Of a stretch of 39,901 nucleotides of DNA, positions 1 through 8,151 are shown piece after piece; positions within the stretch are counted from its first letter, which is position 1; every line of letters begins with the position of its first letter. The stretch comes from Actinobacteria bacterium ADurb.Bin346 (lineage in GTDB: Bacteria > Actinomycetota > Humimicrobiia > Humimicrobiales > Humimicrobiaceae): NCBI GenBank assembly GCA_002068775.1, contig MWAX01000161.1:1-39901 (forward strand), in the 5' to 3' direction. Under the pieces are notes generated by a model, which saw only the letters and a program-made list of their open reading frames with translations, was not told the DNA's origin and did not search any database. The position numbers and the translations under genes are program-made.

Positions 1-1135
1 TATAAGCTACTAATAAAGATGCTGATATTGTTATTACAGGGAAAAGTGTAGATTGCATTCCTACTCCAAGTCCTTTTATTATAACTGTTGCTGGTCCTGT
101 TGAAGCAGCTGAAACTATATCATTTACAGGTTTTTTATGTTTTTCTGTATAATATCCTGTTACAAAAGCAACTACCATTCCAGCTATTAGTCCTGCTGCT
201 ATTGCCCCAAGATATTTTAATCCCATTCCCATATAGCTTATTACTCCGTAAGCTCCAGCTATTGAAAGTATTCCTGCTATTGTTGTTGCATTATTTATTT
301 TAGAGTGTATTTTCTTTGGATTATTTGTTTTAACTGTAAATGTAGCTATTATACTTGATAATATTCCTACAACTGCAAGCATAAGCGGCAGTATTAAAAA
401 AGGATTAAATCCTTCTTTAGGTCCCAATGTAAATCCTAATGCCATTGCAGCTATTAATGATACAACATAAGATTCAAAAAGATCTGCTCCCATTCCTGCA
501 ACGTCTCCAACGTTATCTCCAACATTATCTGCTATTGTAGCAGGGTTTCTAGGATCATCTTCTGGTATTCCAGCTTCTACTTTACCAACAAGATCTGCTC
601 CAACGTCTGCAGCTTTAGTGTATATTCCTCCACCAACTCTTGCAAATAGTGCTATACATGAAGCTCCCATTCCAAATCCTTCTACTATATGTATATCTTT
701 AAATATCATATATAGTATAGTTATTCCAAGTATTCCAAGTCCAACAACAGACATTCCCATTACAGCTCCACCTGCAAATGATACATCAAGTGCTTTTGAC
801 ATTCCTGATTTTTGAGCTGCTATTGCTGTTCTTCCGTTTGCCTTTGTAGCTATTCTCATTCCGATATTTCCAGCAAGTGCCGATGTAAAAGCTCCTATAA
901 CAAATGTCAAAGCTGTCATTGGAGTTACAAATTTCCCAAGTATTACTGCTACTACCACTACAACCGCTGCAAGTATTTTATACTCTGCGCTAAGAAATGC
1001 CATTGCACCTTCTCTTATTGCTGCAGTTATTTCACTAACTCTCTCATTGTCAATTCCGAATTTTGATACTTTCATTGCGAAGTATAGTGCTGCTATTATT
1101 GCTACTACTCCTCCTGCAATTCCCATGTAAAGCAT
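1..1135 (-). CDS. hppA: Membrane-bound H+/Na+-translocating pyrophosphatase, N-terminal ~378 aa (3' end runs off the window)
   Basis: My own minus-strand translation from the ATG (rc of 1133-1135) reads MLYMGIAGGVVAIIAALYF...FARVGGGIYTKAADVGADLVGKVEAGIPEDDPRNPATIADNVGDNVGDVAGMGADLFESY. These are hallmark M-PPase motifs. A GGAGGGAG Shine-Dalgarno lies at rc 1149-1156. The gene is missing from the ORF track because it is open at the window edge. The + ORFs 88-303, 618-815 and 812-1066 are its antisense shadows. Confidence 0.93.
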   Translation of the reverse strand, partial: MLYMGIAGGVVAIIAALYFAMKVSKFGIDNERVSEITAAIREGAMAFLSAEYKILAAVVVVVAVILGKFVTPMTALTFVIGAFTSALAGNIGMRIATKANGRTAIAAQKSGMSKALDVSFAGGAVMGMSVVGLGILGITILYMIFKDIHIVEGFGMGASCIALFARVGGGIYTKAADVGADLVGKVEAGIPEDDPRNPATIADNVGDNVGDVAGMGADLFESYVVSLIAAMALGFTLGPKEGFNPFLILPLMLAVVGILSSIIATFTVKTNNPKKIHSKINNATTIAGILSIAGAYGVISYMGMGLKYLGAIAAGLIAGMVVAFVTGYYTEKHKKPVNDIVSAASTGPATVIIKGLGVGMQSTLFPVITISASLLVAY

Positions 1136-1243
1136 GTTTTCCAAAAAACTCCCTCCTCGTTAATTTTTATTAATAATAGTATCGATATCTTATCATATTT
1201 TTGATTAAAAATGAAGCATTTTATTAAATATGATTATCTCTAC

Positions 1244-1444
1244 TTATTTTTTAAAAAGATTTAAAATAACTGTAACTATAATACTGAAAATTATGCTTGT
1301 TGTAAGCGGTATATATAGTGAAAACGACTTCTTTTTTATTAAAAAATCCCCCGGCAGTTTTCCTATAAAATTTACCTTGTCAAACAAATAAAGCACTACA
1401 CCTGCAAAAAGTATTAAAGAGATGGCAAAATATGCAAAAGAAAA
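1244..1444 (-). CDS. DUF2905-family small membrane protein, with no recognisable start codon (apparently clipped at its 5' end)
   Basis: The minus-strand frame reads ..FSFAYFAISLILFAGVVLYLFDKVNFIGKLPGDFLIKKEVVFTIYIPLTTSIIFSIIVTVILNLFKK*, with the stop at rc 1244-1246. The G(K/R)LPGD..I.K...F.FP..TS core is typical of DUF2905. There is no ATG, GTG or TTG at the expected N-terminus, and the frame runs straight into the antisense of the next gene. Confidence 0.6.
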   Translation of the reverse strand, partial: FSFAYFAISLILFAGVVLYLFDKVNFIGKLPGDFLIKKKSFSLYIPLTTSIIFSIIVTVILNLFKK

Positions 1445-1844
1445 AGGAGCGCGAATAGTCTCCGTGCACGGGGAGACTATTGCTGAGAGTGTGGAGCCGG
1501 GTACAAACAGACAGGCAGTGGAATCCGGACACGTGGATCTCCTGGCTCACCCGGGGTTTTTAACGCTGGAAGAAGCCAGAATAGCAGCAGAAAATGATAT
1601 ATATATTGAAATTACCCGAAGGGAAGGCCACTGCCTTACCAACGGAGCAGTGGCAAGTGTTGCTAAAAAAGCAAATGCAAAACTGCTAGTTAACAGTGAT
1701 GCCCACAGCCATTATGACCTGTATAACCCCGGCAGGCAAAAAATCATAGCCATGGGGTCGGGCCTGTCAGAAACTGATGCAAATGATATCCTTGAAAAAA
1801 ATACTGCAATGTTTTTGTCAAAACTTGGATATCGATTATTTTAA
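1422..1844 (+). CDS. PHP-domain phosphoesterase (histidinol-phosphatase-like), C-terminal ~140 aa only; likely 5'-truncated
   Basis: AKYAKEKGARIVSVHGETIAESVEPGTNRQAVESGHVDLLAHPG...EITRREGHCLTNG...LVNSDAHS matches the C-terminal two thirds of ~215-aa PHP proteins (HGE, AHPG and DAH metal-ligand motifs). The N-terminal HxH metal-binding segment of about 80 aa is absent. Confidence 0.65.
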   Translation: MAKYAKEKGARIVSVHGETIAESVEPGTNRQAVESGHVDLLAHPGFLTLEEARIAAENDIYIEITRREGHCLTNGAVASVAKKANAKLLVNSDAHSHYDLYNPGRQKIIAMGSGLSETDANDILEKNTAMFLSKLGYRLF

Positions 1845-1882
1845 ACTTATATCATCAACAACTGCTCAACCGGAGGATTAAA

Positions 1883-2260
1883 ATGAATGAACAAATGGAT
1901 AGACAGAAACCTGAAGAAATAAAACCACAGATTGTGGGGGAGCCAGCCCCGGAGGATAAGGCAAGCGGAATGGCAATTGCGGCAATGGTGACAGGCATTG
2001 TCGGAATTGTATGCGCCTGGATAATAGGATTAAATTTTGCTTTAGGCCTGGCCGCCCTTGTACTTGGAATAATAGAGTTTAAAAGAATTCAGGAAGGCCA
2101 GTCTAACCAGAAAGGCAAAGGAATGGCGCTGACAGGAATAATACTTGGCAGCCTCACGCTTTTTGGTGCTCTCATGTACATAATTATAGCAGTGGTCAGC
2201 GCAGTCAGTTTTTCTACCTGGCTCCCTTCAATTCTGAATAATTTCAGCTCCTATTATTAA
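1883..2260 (+). CDS. DUF4190-like small membrane protein
   Basis: It has a polar N-terminus followed by two TM segments (MAIAAMVTGIVGIVCAWIIG...LAALVLGIIEFKRI... and GMALTGIILGSL), the pattern of DUF4190 proteins. A GGAGG sits 8 nt upstream of the ATG. Confidence 0.7.
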   Translation: MNEQMDRQKPEEIKPQIVGEPAPEDKASGMAIAAMVTGIVGIVCAWIIGLNFALGLAALVLGIIEFKRIQEGQSNQKGKGMALTGIILGSLTLFGALMYIIIAVVSAVSFSTWLPSILNNFSSYY

Positions 2261-2391
2261 TATATTTAATATATAAATAAACGATTTTAAAGAAGCTGAA
2301 CAGGTGGTAAGAAATAGAAAATCTATATGAGCTGCTTAAGCTTATCGGTCAGGGTGCCTGCCACCAGAAAATTGATCTTTGTTTTCAGTAC

Positions 2392-3009
2392 ATGGATTTA
2401 GTAATGCCGCTGTGTTCAAGGTGCACAGGGCTGTACACAGGTTTTATTGTTTCGTTTGCAATACTTGTGCTTGTTGAGCGCAAAAGCAGGAGAGGGCTGC
2501 CGCAGAAAAAAATAACCATTTCTCTTATAGTTTTTACTGCTCTGATGGCAGGAGAATCCACGCTCTCTTTTTTGCATTTTATTCCTACTCTAAAAATTTT
2601 CAGATTTTTAACCGGATATCTGGCAGGATGGCTCGCTGCTCCAATGATAGCAGGCTTAATGAACAATGTTGCCGTCGATATAAAACAATCTGTAAACGGA
2701 GGCTATGTCTCAAACAATAAAATAATTATAAAATGGCTGAGCCCCGCACCTTTTTTTGCTGTTCTTTTTTATTTTACATATAAAAAAGCCCTGATATTCT
2801 GGAGCATATTTTCTCTTGCAGGGATGGCTTTTTTTATTGCATCAATGATTTTTATTCTCATCTTTTCTACAGGTGGAAGGCTCTCAAATTCGGTGAGCAG
2901 ACCAGGCAGGTATATATTATTTTTTTTCCTGTCTTTAATTATATCTGTAATTTTAATAATGGCATCTTCATGGCTTAAAATACTGATAAGGCAGTATTTG
3001 CAATTTTAA
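2392..3009 (+). CDS. DUF2085-family membrane protein (true start probably upstream of the first ATG)
   Basis: CSRCTGLYTGF is the DUF2085 signature (CxRCxGxY), followed by multiple TM segments. The in-frame upstream sequence (2311-2391) encodes ..LIGQGACHQKIDLCFQY, which contains the family's CHQ motif but has no ATG, GTG or TTG. Confidence 0.7.
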   Translation: MDLVMPLCSRCTGLYTGFIVSFAILVLVERKSRRGLPQKKITISLIVFTALMAGESTLSFLHFIPTLKIFRFLTGYLAGWLAAPMIAGLMNNVAVDIKQSVNGGYVSNNKIIIKWLSPAPFFAVLFYFTYKKALIFWSIFSLAGMAFFIASMIFILIFSTGGRLSNSVSRPGRYILFFFLSLIISVILIMASSWLKILIRQYLQF

Positions 3010-3061
3010 CTTTTACTGCAACAATGTTATGATTTTAAAAAATAAATAAAGGTTTGAAGAG

Positions 3062-4378
3062 ATGGATAAAATATTATATATAGACTGCTTTTCAGGCATT
3101 AGCGGCGATATGATGGTCGGGGCATTTCTTGACATGCAATATAAAGGAATAGACCTTGAATTCTTTCAAAATGCACTCTACGGATTGGAAGTAAAAGGTT
3201 ATTCAATAAACGCATGCAAAAAAATGCGGGGGTCCATCATGGCTACTAAATTTAATGTCATTGTTGAAGAGCAGCAGCCACCCAGAAATTTTGAAGCAAT
3301 TAAGTGCCTGGTTTCAGGTGCCAGGCTGGAGGATGAAGTTAAAAAAACAGTAATTAAAATGTTTTCCATAATTGCAGAAGCTGAAGCAAAAATTCATGGC
3401 ACGAAACTTCAAAAAGTGCATTTCCATGAAGTTGGCGCTGTCGATTCAATTGTGGATATTGTTTGTGTTGCGCTGGCAATCAATAAACTGTCTCCCCGCG
3501 CAATCTACAGCAGAAGCATCCCTCTTGGAAGTGGAAAGGTAAACACAATGCACGGTGTGATTCCCGTACCGGCTCCTGCAACTGTTGAGATATTGACGGG
3601 GTTGCCTGTTTATGGCGGAGGATTTGATTATGAAGTCACGACTCCAACCGGAGCAGCTATTATTAAAACACTTGCAGATTATTTTGAAGACATACCTGAA
3701 ATGACAATAGAGTCAGTAGGAAATGGTGCGGGAGCGGCTATGAATACAAATCACCTGGAGCACCGGGAGCAGCATGAGCAGCAGGGACACCGGGGGCAAC
3801 AAGGGCAAAATAAGCATCAAAATCACCTGGAGCACCGGGAAAATTTAAAACATCCTGCAAATAGCGGTAAAAAAGAAGAACAGACCCTGCCTCCTGACAT
3901 ACTGAGGCTTATTGTTGGTACGACAACTGCTAAAAAATCTGAAGATAAGGTTTTACTTATTTCAACAAACATAGATGATGCAGCACCAGAAATAATAGGA
4001 CATGTGCAGGAAATGCTTTTATCTTATGGAGCTCTGGACTGCTGGACAGAGCCTGTATTCATGAAAAAAAACAGATTAGCATCCAAATTATGTGTCCTTT
4101 GTAAAAATGAAAATATCGACGATGTCATGAAGCTGATATTTACAGGCACATCTTCATTGGGCGTAAGAGTACAGGAAATATCAAGGTATTGTCTTGACAG
4201 GGCTATAAAGAAAGTGAAACTGCCTTATGGTGAAGCCGATGTTAAAATCGGATACTTCAGGGGAAAACAGGTCACTGTTTCACCGGAGTACGAATCATGC
4301 AGGATTCTTGCTGAGTGTACCGGCAAGCCCCTGAAGGAGGTTTACCGTGATCTTATCCTCTTTTTTTCGAGTAAATAA
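3062..4378 (+). CDS. larC: Nickel-pincer cofactor biosynthesis protein LarC (DUF111, nickel insertion)
   Basis: The N-terminus MDKILYIDCFSGISGDMMVGAFLD is the LarC/DUF111 signature, and HFHEVGAVDSIVDIV is also present. A His/Gln-rich internal linker lies between the N- and C-terminal domains. Confidence 0.88.
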   Translation: MDKILYIDCFSGISGDMMVGAFLDMQYKGIDLEFFQNALYGLEVKGYSINACKKMRGSIMATKFNVIVEEQQPPRNFEAIKCLVSGARLEDEVKKTVIKMFSIIAEAEAKIHGTKLQKVHFHEVGAVDSIVDIVCVALAINKLSPRAIYSRSIPLGSGKVNTMHGVIPVPAPATVEILTGLPVYGGGFDYEVTTPTGAAIIKTLADYFEDIPEMTIESVGNGAGAAMNTNHLEHREQHEQQGHRGQQGQNKHQNHLEHRENLKHPANSGKKEEQTLPPDILRLIVGTTTAKKSEDKVLLISTNIDDAAPEIIGHVQEMLLSYGALDCWTEPVFMKKNRLASKLCVLCKNENIDDVMKLIFTGTSSLGVRVQEISRYCLDRAIKKVKLPYGEADVKIGYFRGKQVTVSPEYESCRILAECTGKPLKEVYRDLILFFSSK

Positions 4379-5448
4379 TATTTGAGTATGGATTGTAAAA
4401 TAGCTGTTGTCGGCACTGCAAGAAGCAAACCAATCGGCCCAAGGAATGCACCGCTTGCAATAAGGACAAGAATCACAATAGCAGGATGTACTCCTACCTG
4501 AAACTTCATCACGTTCGGGCTGATGATATAATTATCCAGCTGCTGAACAGCCACAAAAAGCAGCACCACAAGCAGAGCTTTTAAGGGTGAAATAAAAAAA
4601 GCAGCGAGAGCTGCAGGCACTGCCCCCAGGATTGGCCCAAGAAATGGAATAAGGTTCAAAGCTCCGGCAATAAAACCGAGAAGTACAGCAAAATCCACTT
4701 TTAAAAGGAATAATATAAGAGTGCATAGAAACCCCACTATTATTGAGATGAGTATCTGTCCCCTTATATAACGGCCGCTGACAATATTTATTCTGTCTAT
4801 TATCACATTTGCCGTATTTTTATATTTTTGAGGAAGTGCTTTTATAAAAAGCTCGCGCATTTTCCATGAGTCTTTAAGAATATAAATGCCAAGAAGGGGC
4901 CCTATTATGAAAGTTATAATTATATTGATAATAGACCTTGTAAATGCTGTCACGCTCTGTAAAAATGAAGAGCCTCCTCTGCCAATAGCATCAGCAATAT
5001 ACTGGTATACAAGAGTTGCATCAAACGGAAGGAACTCTTTTCCAAGCATATTTTCAATATTGTTAACTATGATACTTTTATTCATATACTGGTTTAGATT
5101 GTCTGTGAGGTTTGTGATGTAATCAGGAAGCTTTGAAATGAAAACAGTAAACTGATTAGCAACCATCGGTATTGTAAAAAAGAAAAAAGTGAAGAAAAAC
5201 CCCGTAAATATAATATATGCAATAAATATCGCTAAGCCCCTTTTCATTTTCCGGGAAAGCCAGCTTACAAGAGGCGTGAGCAGGTAAGCGATACCTGTAG
5301 CCACAATCAATGGAAAAATTGCTATTCTTATCCTGTATAAGAGATAGAAGCCCAGAGAGACCAGCACAAGAAGACCAATTATTGACCAGCAATATATACC
5401 AACTTTTTTTATTCCCTCTGTATTTTTTAAGGGTTTTTTTATTCTCAT
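4342..5448 (-). CDS. AI-2E family transporter (PerM/YdiK-like permease)
   Basis: This is a 368-aa polytopic membrane protein with the C-terminal pattern GALNLIPFLGPILGAVPAALAAF...QQLDNYIISPNVM typical of the AI-2E/UPF0118 family. Confidence 0.85.
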   Translation of the reverse strand: MRIKKPLKNTEGIKKVGIYCWSIIGLLVLVSLGFYLLYRIRIAIFPLIVATGIAYLLTPLVSWLSRKMKRGLAIFIAYIIFTGFFFTFFFFTIPMVANQFTVFISKLPDYITNLTDNLNQYMNKSIIVNNIENMLGKEFLPFDATLVYQYIADAIGRGGSSFLQSVTAFTRSIINIIITFIIGPLLGIYILKDSWKMRELFIKALPQKYKNTANVIIDRINIVSGRYIRGQILISIIVGFLCTLILFLLKVDFAVLLGFIAGALNLIPFLGPILGAVPAALAAFFISPLKALLVVLLFVAVQQLDNYIISPNVMKFQVGVHPAIVILVLIASGAFLGPIGLLLAVPTTAILQSILKYYLLEKKRIRSR

Positions 5449-5640
5449 ATATTACCAGAAATATTTTTTTAAATTATATAAACATTTCCATTATATGACA
5501 ACAATTTGTATTTTACTGTGAATGCAATATATATAGACGCATTTTAATTGAAGTAGTATGCCAATTGTGATAAAGTTTTTATTCAAAATAAATGGACACT
5601 ATAAAAATTACTTTCAGTACAGGCAGAGTAAAAGGATAAT

Positions 5641-6054
5641 ATGCCCGAGGAATCAATAAATATTTTTATCAGTAATATTTATGCAATAGCAATCTTTACC
5701 GGATTATTTGCAGCAATATTTCTTTGCCTGTTTTTTATTTCAAGAGTTCTAATTTTCAGGACCAGGAGATCAGCGCAGAGCCGCAGAGAAGAGAAAACAG
5801 CTCTCGATGCCGGAGACCAAAAACATGCCGGGACAATGTTAATTATAAGGAAAGACATTTACTTTAAAAAGAATCTGCTTGTTGCCGGTTTATTATTTAT
5901 ATTTACAGCATTGTTTATTATCCTTATTTTGCTCTCATTTCTATTTGCCACACAATTTCGTATGGACGGCAGTTTTTATATGATTTTTGCAATAATATTT
6001 ATAATCCTTGTAATGACTGTTTATATAGTCAGGTCAAAATTACTTGAAAGATAA
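5641..6054 (+). CDS. Three-TM membrane protein, putative NuoA-like subunit of the complex-I-like cluster
   Basis: It is the first gene of the cluster and lies 14 nt upstream of the NuoB-like gene. It is 137 aa, with TM1, a charged loop, then TM2 and TM3, which is NuoA-like topology. The canonical YECG and FD.E motifs are not recognisable. AAAGGA RBS. Confidence 0.45.
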   Translation: MPEESINIFISNIYAIAIFTGLFAAIFLCLFFISRVLIFRTRRSAQSRREEKTALDAGDQKHAGTMLIIRKDIYFKKNLLVAGLLFIFTALFIILILLSFLFATQFRMDGSFYMIFAIIFIILVMTVYIVRSKLLER

Positions 6055-6068
6055 TATTTTCTAAATCT

Positions 6069-6467
6069 ATGAGGTCACTTGTAAAAAATAATCTTAATAT
6101 TATTGTTGCGGGCTTTGGTTGCTGTAAGCAGGAAATACTGGCAACAACCGGCCCAACTTATGATATATCAAGATTTGGAGTTAATTTTGTCAGTGTCCCG
6201 GAAGAAGCAGATGTTCTTGTCATACAGGGATTCTACAATGAAATCGGGGAAGAAAGACTGCTTGAGATTTACAGCAGGATGAAAAAACCCAAATGGGTGA
6301 TAGCAACCGGCAAGTGCATAGTGGACAGATGTCTTCTTAATGAAGACTATAATTTTACTGAAAGGCTTGGGAAAATAATTAATGTTGATTTTTATGTACC
6401 CGGCTGCCCTCCCAGGCCAGAGGCTTTTATTTATGCAGTTCTGAGACTGCTTGAGGCAGGACAGTAA
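6069..6467 (+). CDS. nuoB: NuoB / hydrogenase small-subunit-like [4Fe-4S] protein
   Basis: The motifs GFGCCKQE...YDISRFGV...EADVLVIQG...KPKWVIATGKC...VDFYVPGCPPRPEAFIYAV parallel the NuoB/EchC/MbhJ pattern (GxxCC, YDxxRFG, PKWVIxxGxC, PGCPPRPEA). All four cluster-N2-type Cys are present. Confidence 0.85.
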   Translation: MRSLVKNNLNIIVAGFGCCKQEILATTGPTYDISRFGVNFVSVPEEADVLVIQGFYNEIGEERLLEIYSRMKKPKWVIATGKCIVDRCLLNEDYNFTERLGKIINVDFYVPGCPPRPEAFIYAVLRLLEAGQ

Positions 6468-6556
6468 TACATGCATAAACTGACAGAAAAAGATGTTATT
6501 TTTAAGATATCATTTTTAATTTTCTGCTTAAAAAATTGAGAACGGATAAATAAAAA

Positions 6557-8071
6557 TTGGCTAAAGAATTATATGACGGGATATATTCTTCTCATAAGAC
6601 AGTATTTATTGAAAAGATTGAAAAGAACCTGGGCTTTTATCTAAAAGACCATATCCTTGAGATAAAAAAACTTGGACAGGAATTACTTTGCGCTATCAGG
6701 CTTTCGGATCTGGACGATGTTTGCCAGGAACTTAATAAAAATCCGGAATTTGATATTAATATCTTAAACTCCGTAAGCCATTATAAAAGCAGAAATAAGC
6801 ATTGTCTTTTAATAGATCTTTCATCTGTCAGCAATAATTTCTCTATGCTGCTCAAAGTGGTTATGCCGCTGCCGGGAGATGCAGAAACCAGTCAGATTAT
6901 GCAGTTATTTGAATCCTCAATATCAGTATTAAAAAAGACATTTGAGGCTGCAGAGTTTTTCTCTGAGAGGAAAAACCTGCAGGAAGACAGCAGCGATATT
7001 ATAATTCAGGCACAGCAAATAGACGGACTGGACTGTTTTGATTTATATCTCTCGACAGAAGAGGACATGATAAAAAAAGCGTTTATAGATACAGGCATTG
7101 CAAGAGTTTCATCAAAAGAACTCCACAAAAACACTGTTTTACCTGATGTTCTTTCATGCATAAGCCGCTATGACCATTCTGCCGGTCTTTTTCCGGAACT
7201 GTGCATATGCCTTTCTTTTGAAGAATTGATGCAGCTGAAAGTGCCCAGGAGGGTGCAATATATAAGAATGCTTTTAAGTGAGCTTTACAGAGTTTCCAGC
7301 CATCTATACTTTGTATCACGAATTGCAAAAATCATTGGAGCAGAACTTGTATATAATCTTGTATTGCTTGAAAGAGAAAGAGCCTTAAGGCTGATAGAGC
7401 TTATTACCGGCTCGCGAATAAGCCCTAACTTCATAAGGATCGGCGGAGTAAAAAATGACCTTAATGCAGATAAGATAAAAGCAGCCAGAGAAACAATTGA
7501 AATACTTTACAGAAAGGTACGCAATATAGAAGCGCTTCTTCTTGATAACTCAGTAATATCCGCAAAGTTAAAAAACAGAGGTTCAGTCGATAGAGAAACT
7601 GCATTACTTTGCGGTGTCACAGGACCGAACCTCAGGGCCTGTGGCGCAAGATATGATATAAGAAAAAACCGGAACCTGCTTTTATATAAGGACATGTCTT
7701 TTATAATTGCTCTGGGAAAATACGGCGACTGTCTGGATAGAGTTCTGGTAAGGTTCAGGGAGATATACCAGTCAATAAAAATCATAGACCAGGCAGTTAA
7801 TGACCTGCCCGAGGAGCACATAAAAAAACTTATAAATCTTTCAGACCTGGCAATTCCTTTTACTGAAATGATATCCAGTGTTGAATGTCCGCACGGCGTA
7901 TTTAAAATATTTATGGAAATACAAGATGAATTAATACAGAATATTATTGTGCTCAGCCCCTCAAAAAACAGCGTCTATCTTGCAGAAAGAATACTGCCGG
8001 ACTCAAGATTTGAGGATGTCGAGCTTATTCTAGCAAGTCTTGATATAAACAGCGGTGAGCTAATATCCTGA
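6557..8071 (+). CDS. nuoCD: Fused NuoC-NuoD-like subunit (30-kDa plus 49-kDa / hydrogenase large-subunit fold), without NiFe cysteines
   Basis: The C-terminal ~330 aa carry NuoD-like blocks: RRVQYIRMLLSELYRVSSHL, RERALRLIELITGSRISPNFIRIGGVKNDL, GPNLRACGARYDIRKN...GKYGDCLDRVLVRFREIYQSIKII, ECPHGVF and the terminal ASLDINSGELIS. The N-terminal ~165 aa look NuoC-like (..FEAAEFFSERKNL). TTG start. Confidence 0.8.
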   Translation: MAKELYDGIYSSHKTVFIEKIEKNLGFYLKDHILEIKKLGQELLCAIRLSDLDDVCQELNKNPEFDINILNSVSHYKSRNKHCLLIDLSSVSNNFSMLLKVVMPLPGDAETSQIMQLFESSISVLKKTFEAAEFFSERKNLQEDSSDIIIQAQQIDGLDCFDLYLSTEEDMIKKAFIDTGIARVSSKELHKNTVLPDVLSCISRYDHSAGLFPELCICLSFEELMQLKVPRRVQYIRMLLSELYRVSSHLYFVSRIAKIIGAELVYNLVLLERERALRLIELITGSRISPNFIRIGGVKNDLNADKIKAARETIEILYRKVRNIEALLLDNSVISAKLKNRGSVDRETALLCGVTGPNLRACGARYDIRKNRNLLLYKDMSFIIALGKYGDCLDRVLVRFREIYQSIKIIDQAVNDLPEEHIKKLINLSDLAIPFTEMISSVECPHGVFKIFMEIQDELIQNIIVLSPSKNSVYLAERILPDSRFEDVELILASLDINSGELIS

Positions 8072-8151
8072 AAAGTGCTTAAAAATATTAAAAATATAAA
8101 ATCGTGACATTGGTCACCAGGTTGTAAAAAAATTATTAAATATGTGTAATT

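Noticed and set aside
88-1066. Three + strand ORFs (88-303, 618-815, 812-1066) with leucine-, cysteine- and serine-rich low-complexity translations
   Set aside because: They are antisense shadows of the clearly recognisable minus-strand hppA gene. Their sequences are not protein-like and they have no RBS.
4342-4378. A 37-nt convergent overlap of the larC and AI-2E transporter 3' ends
   Set aside because: Both C-termini look like native family tails, and small convergent overlaps occur in compact genomes. There is no sign of a frameshift and no structure of note.
6517-6531. An exact 15-mer, TAATTTTCTGCTTAA, is shared between the region upstream of the NuoCD-like gene (6517-6531) and the ferredoxin/GGDEF intergenic region (21641-21655). 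It is tempting to read it as a common operator linking ferredoxin to the complex-I-like cluster.
   Set aside because: In 40 kb of AT-rich DNA, about one exact 15-mer coincidence is expected by chance. There is no second shared element and no palindromic structure. It is worth a genome-wide motif scan but is not evidence on its own.
6557-8071. Interpretation of the large subunit as a group-4 [NiFe] hydrogenase (Ech/Mbh/Hyc-like)
   Set aside because: There is no N-terminal RxCGxC and no C-terminal DPCxxC motif (the C-terminus is ASLDINSGELIS). No hyp maturation or endopeptidase genes are in the window.
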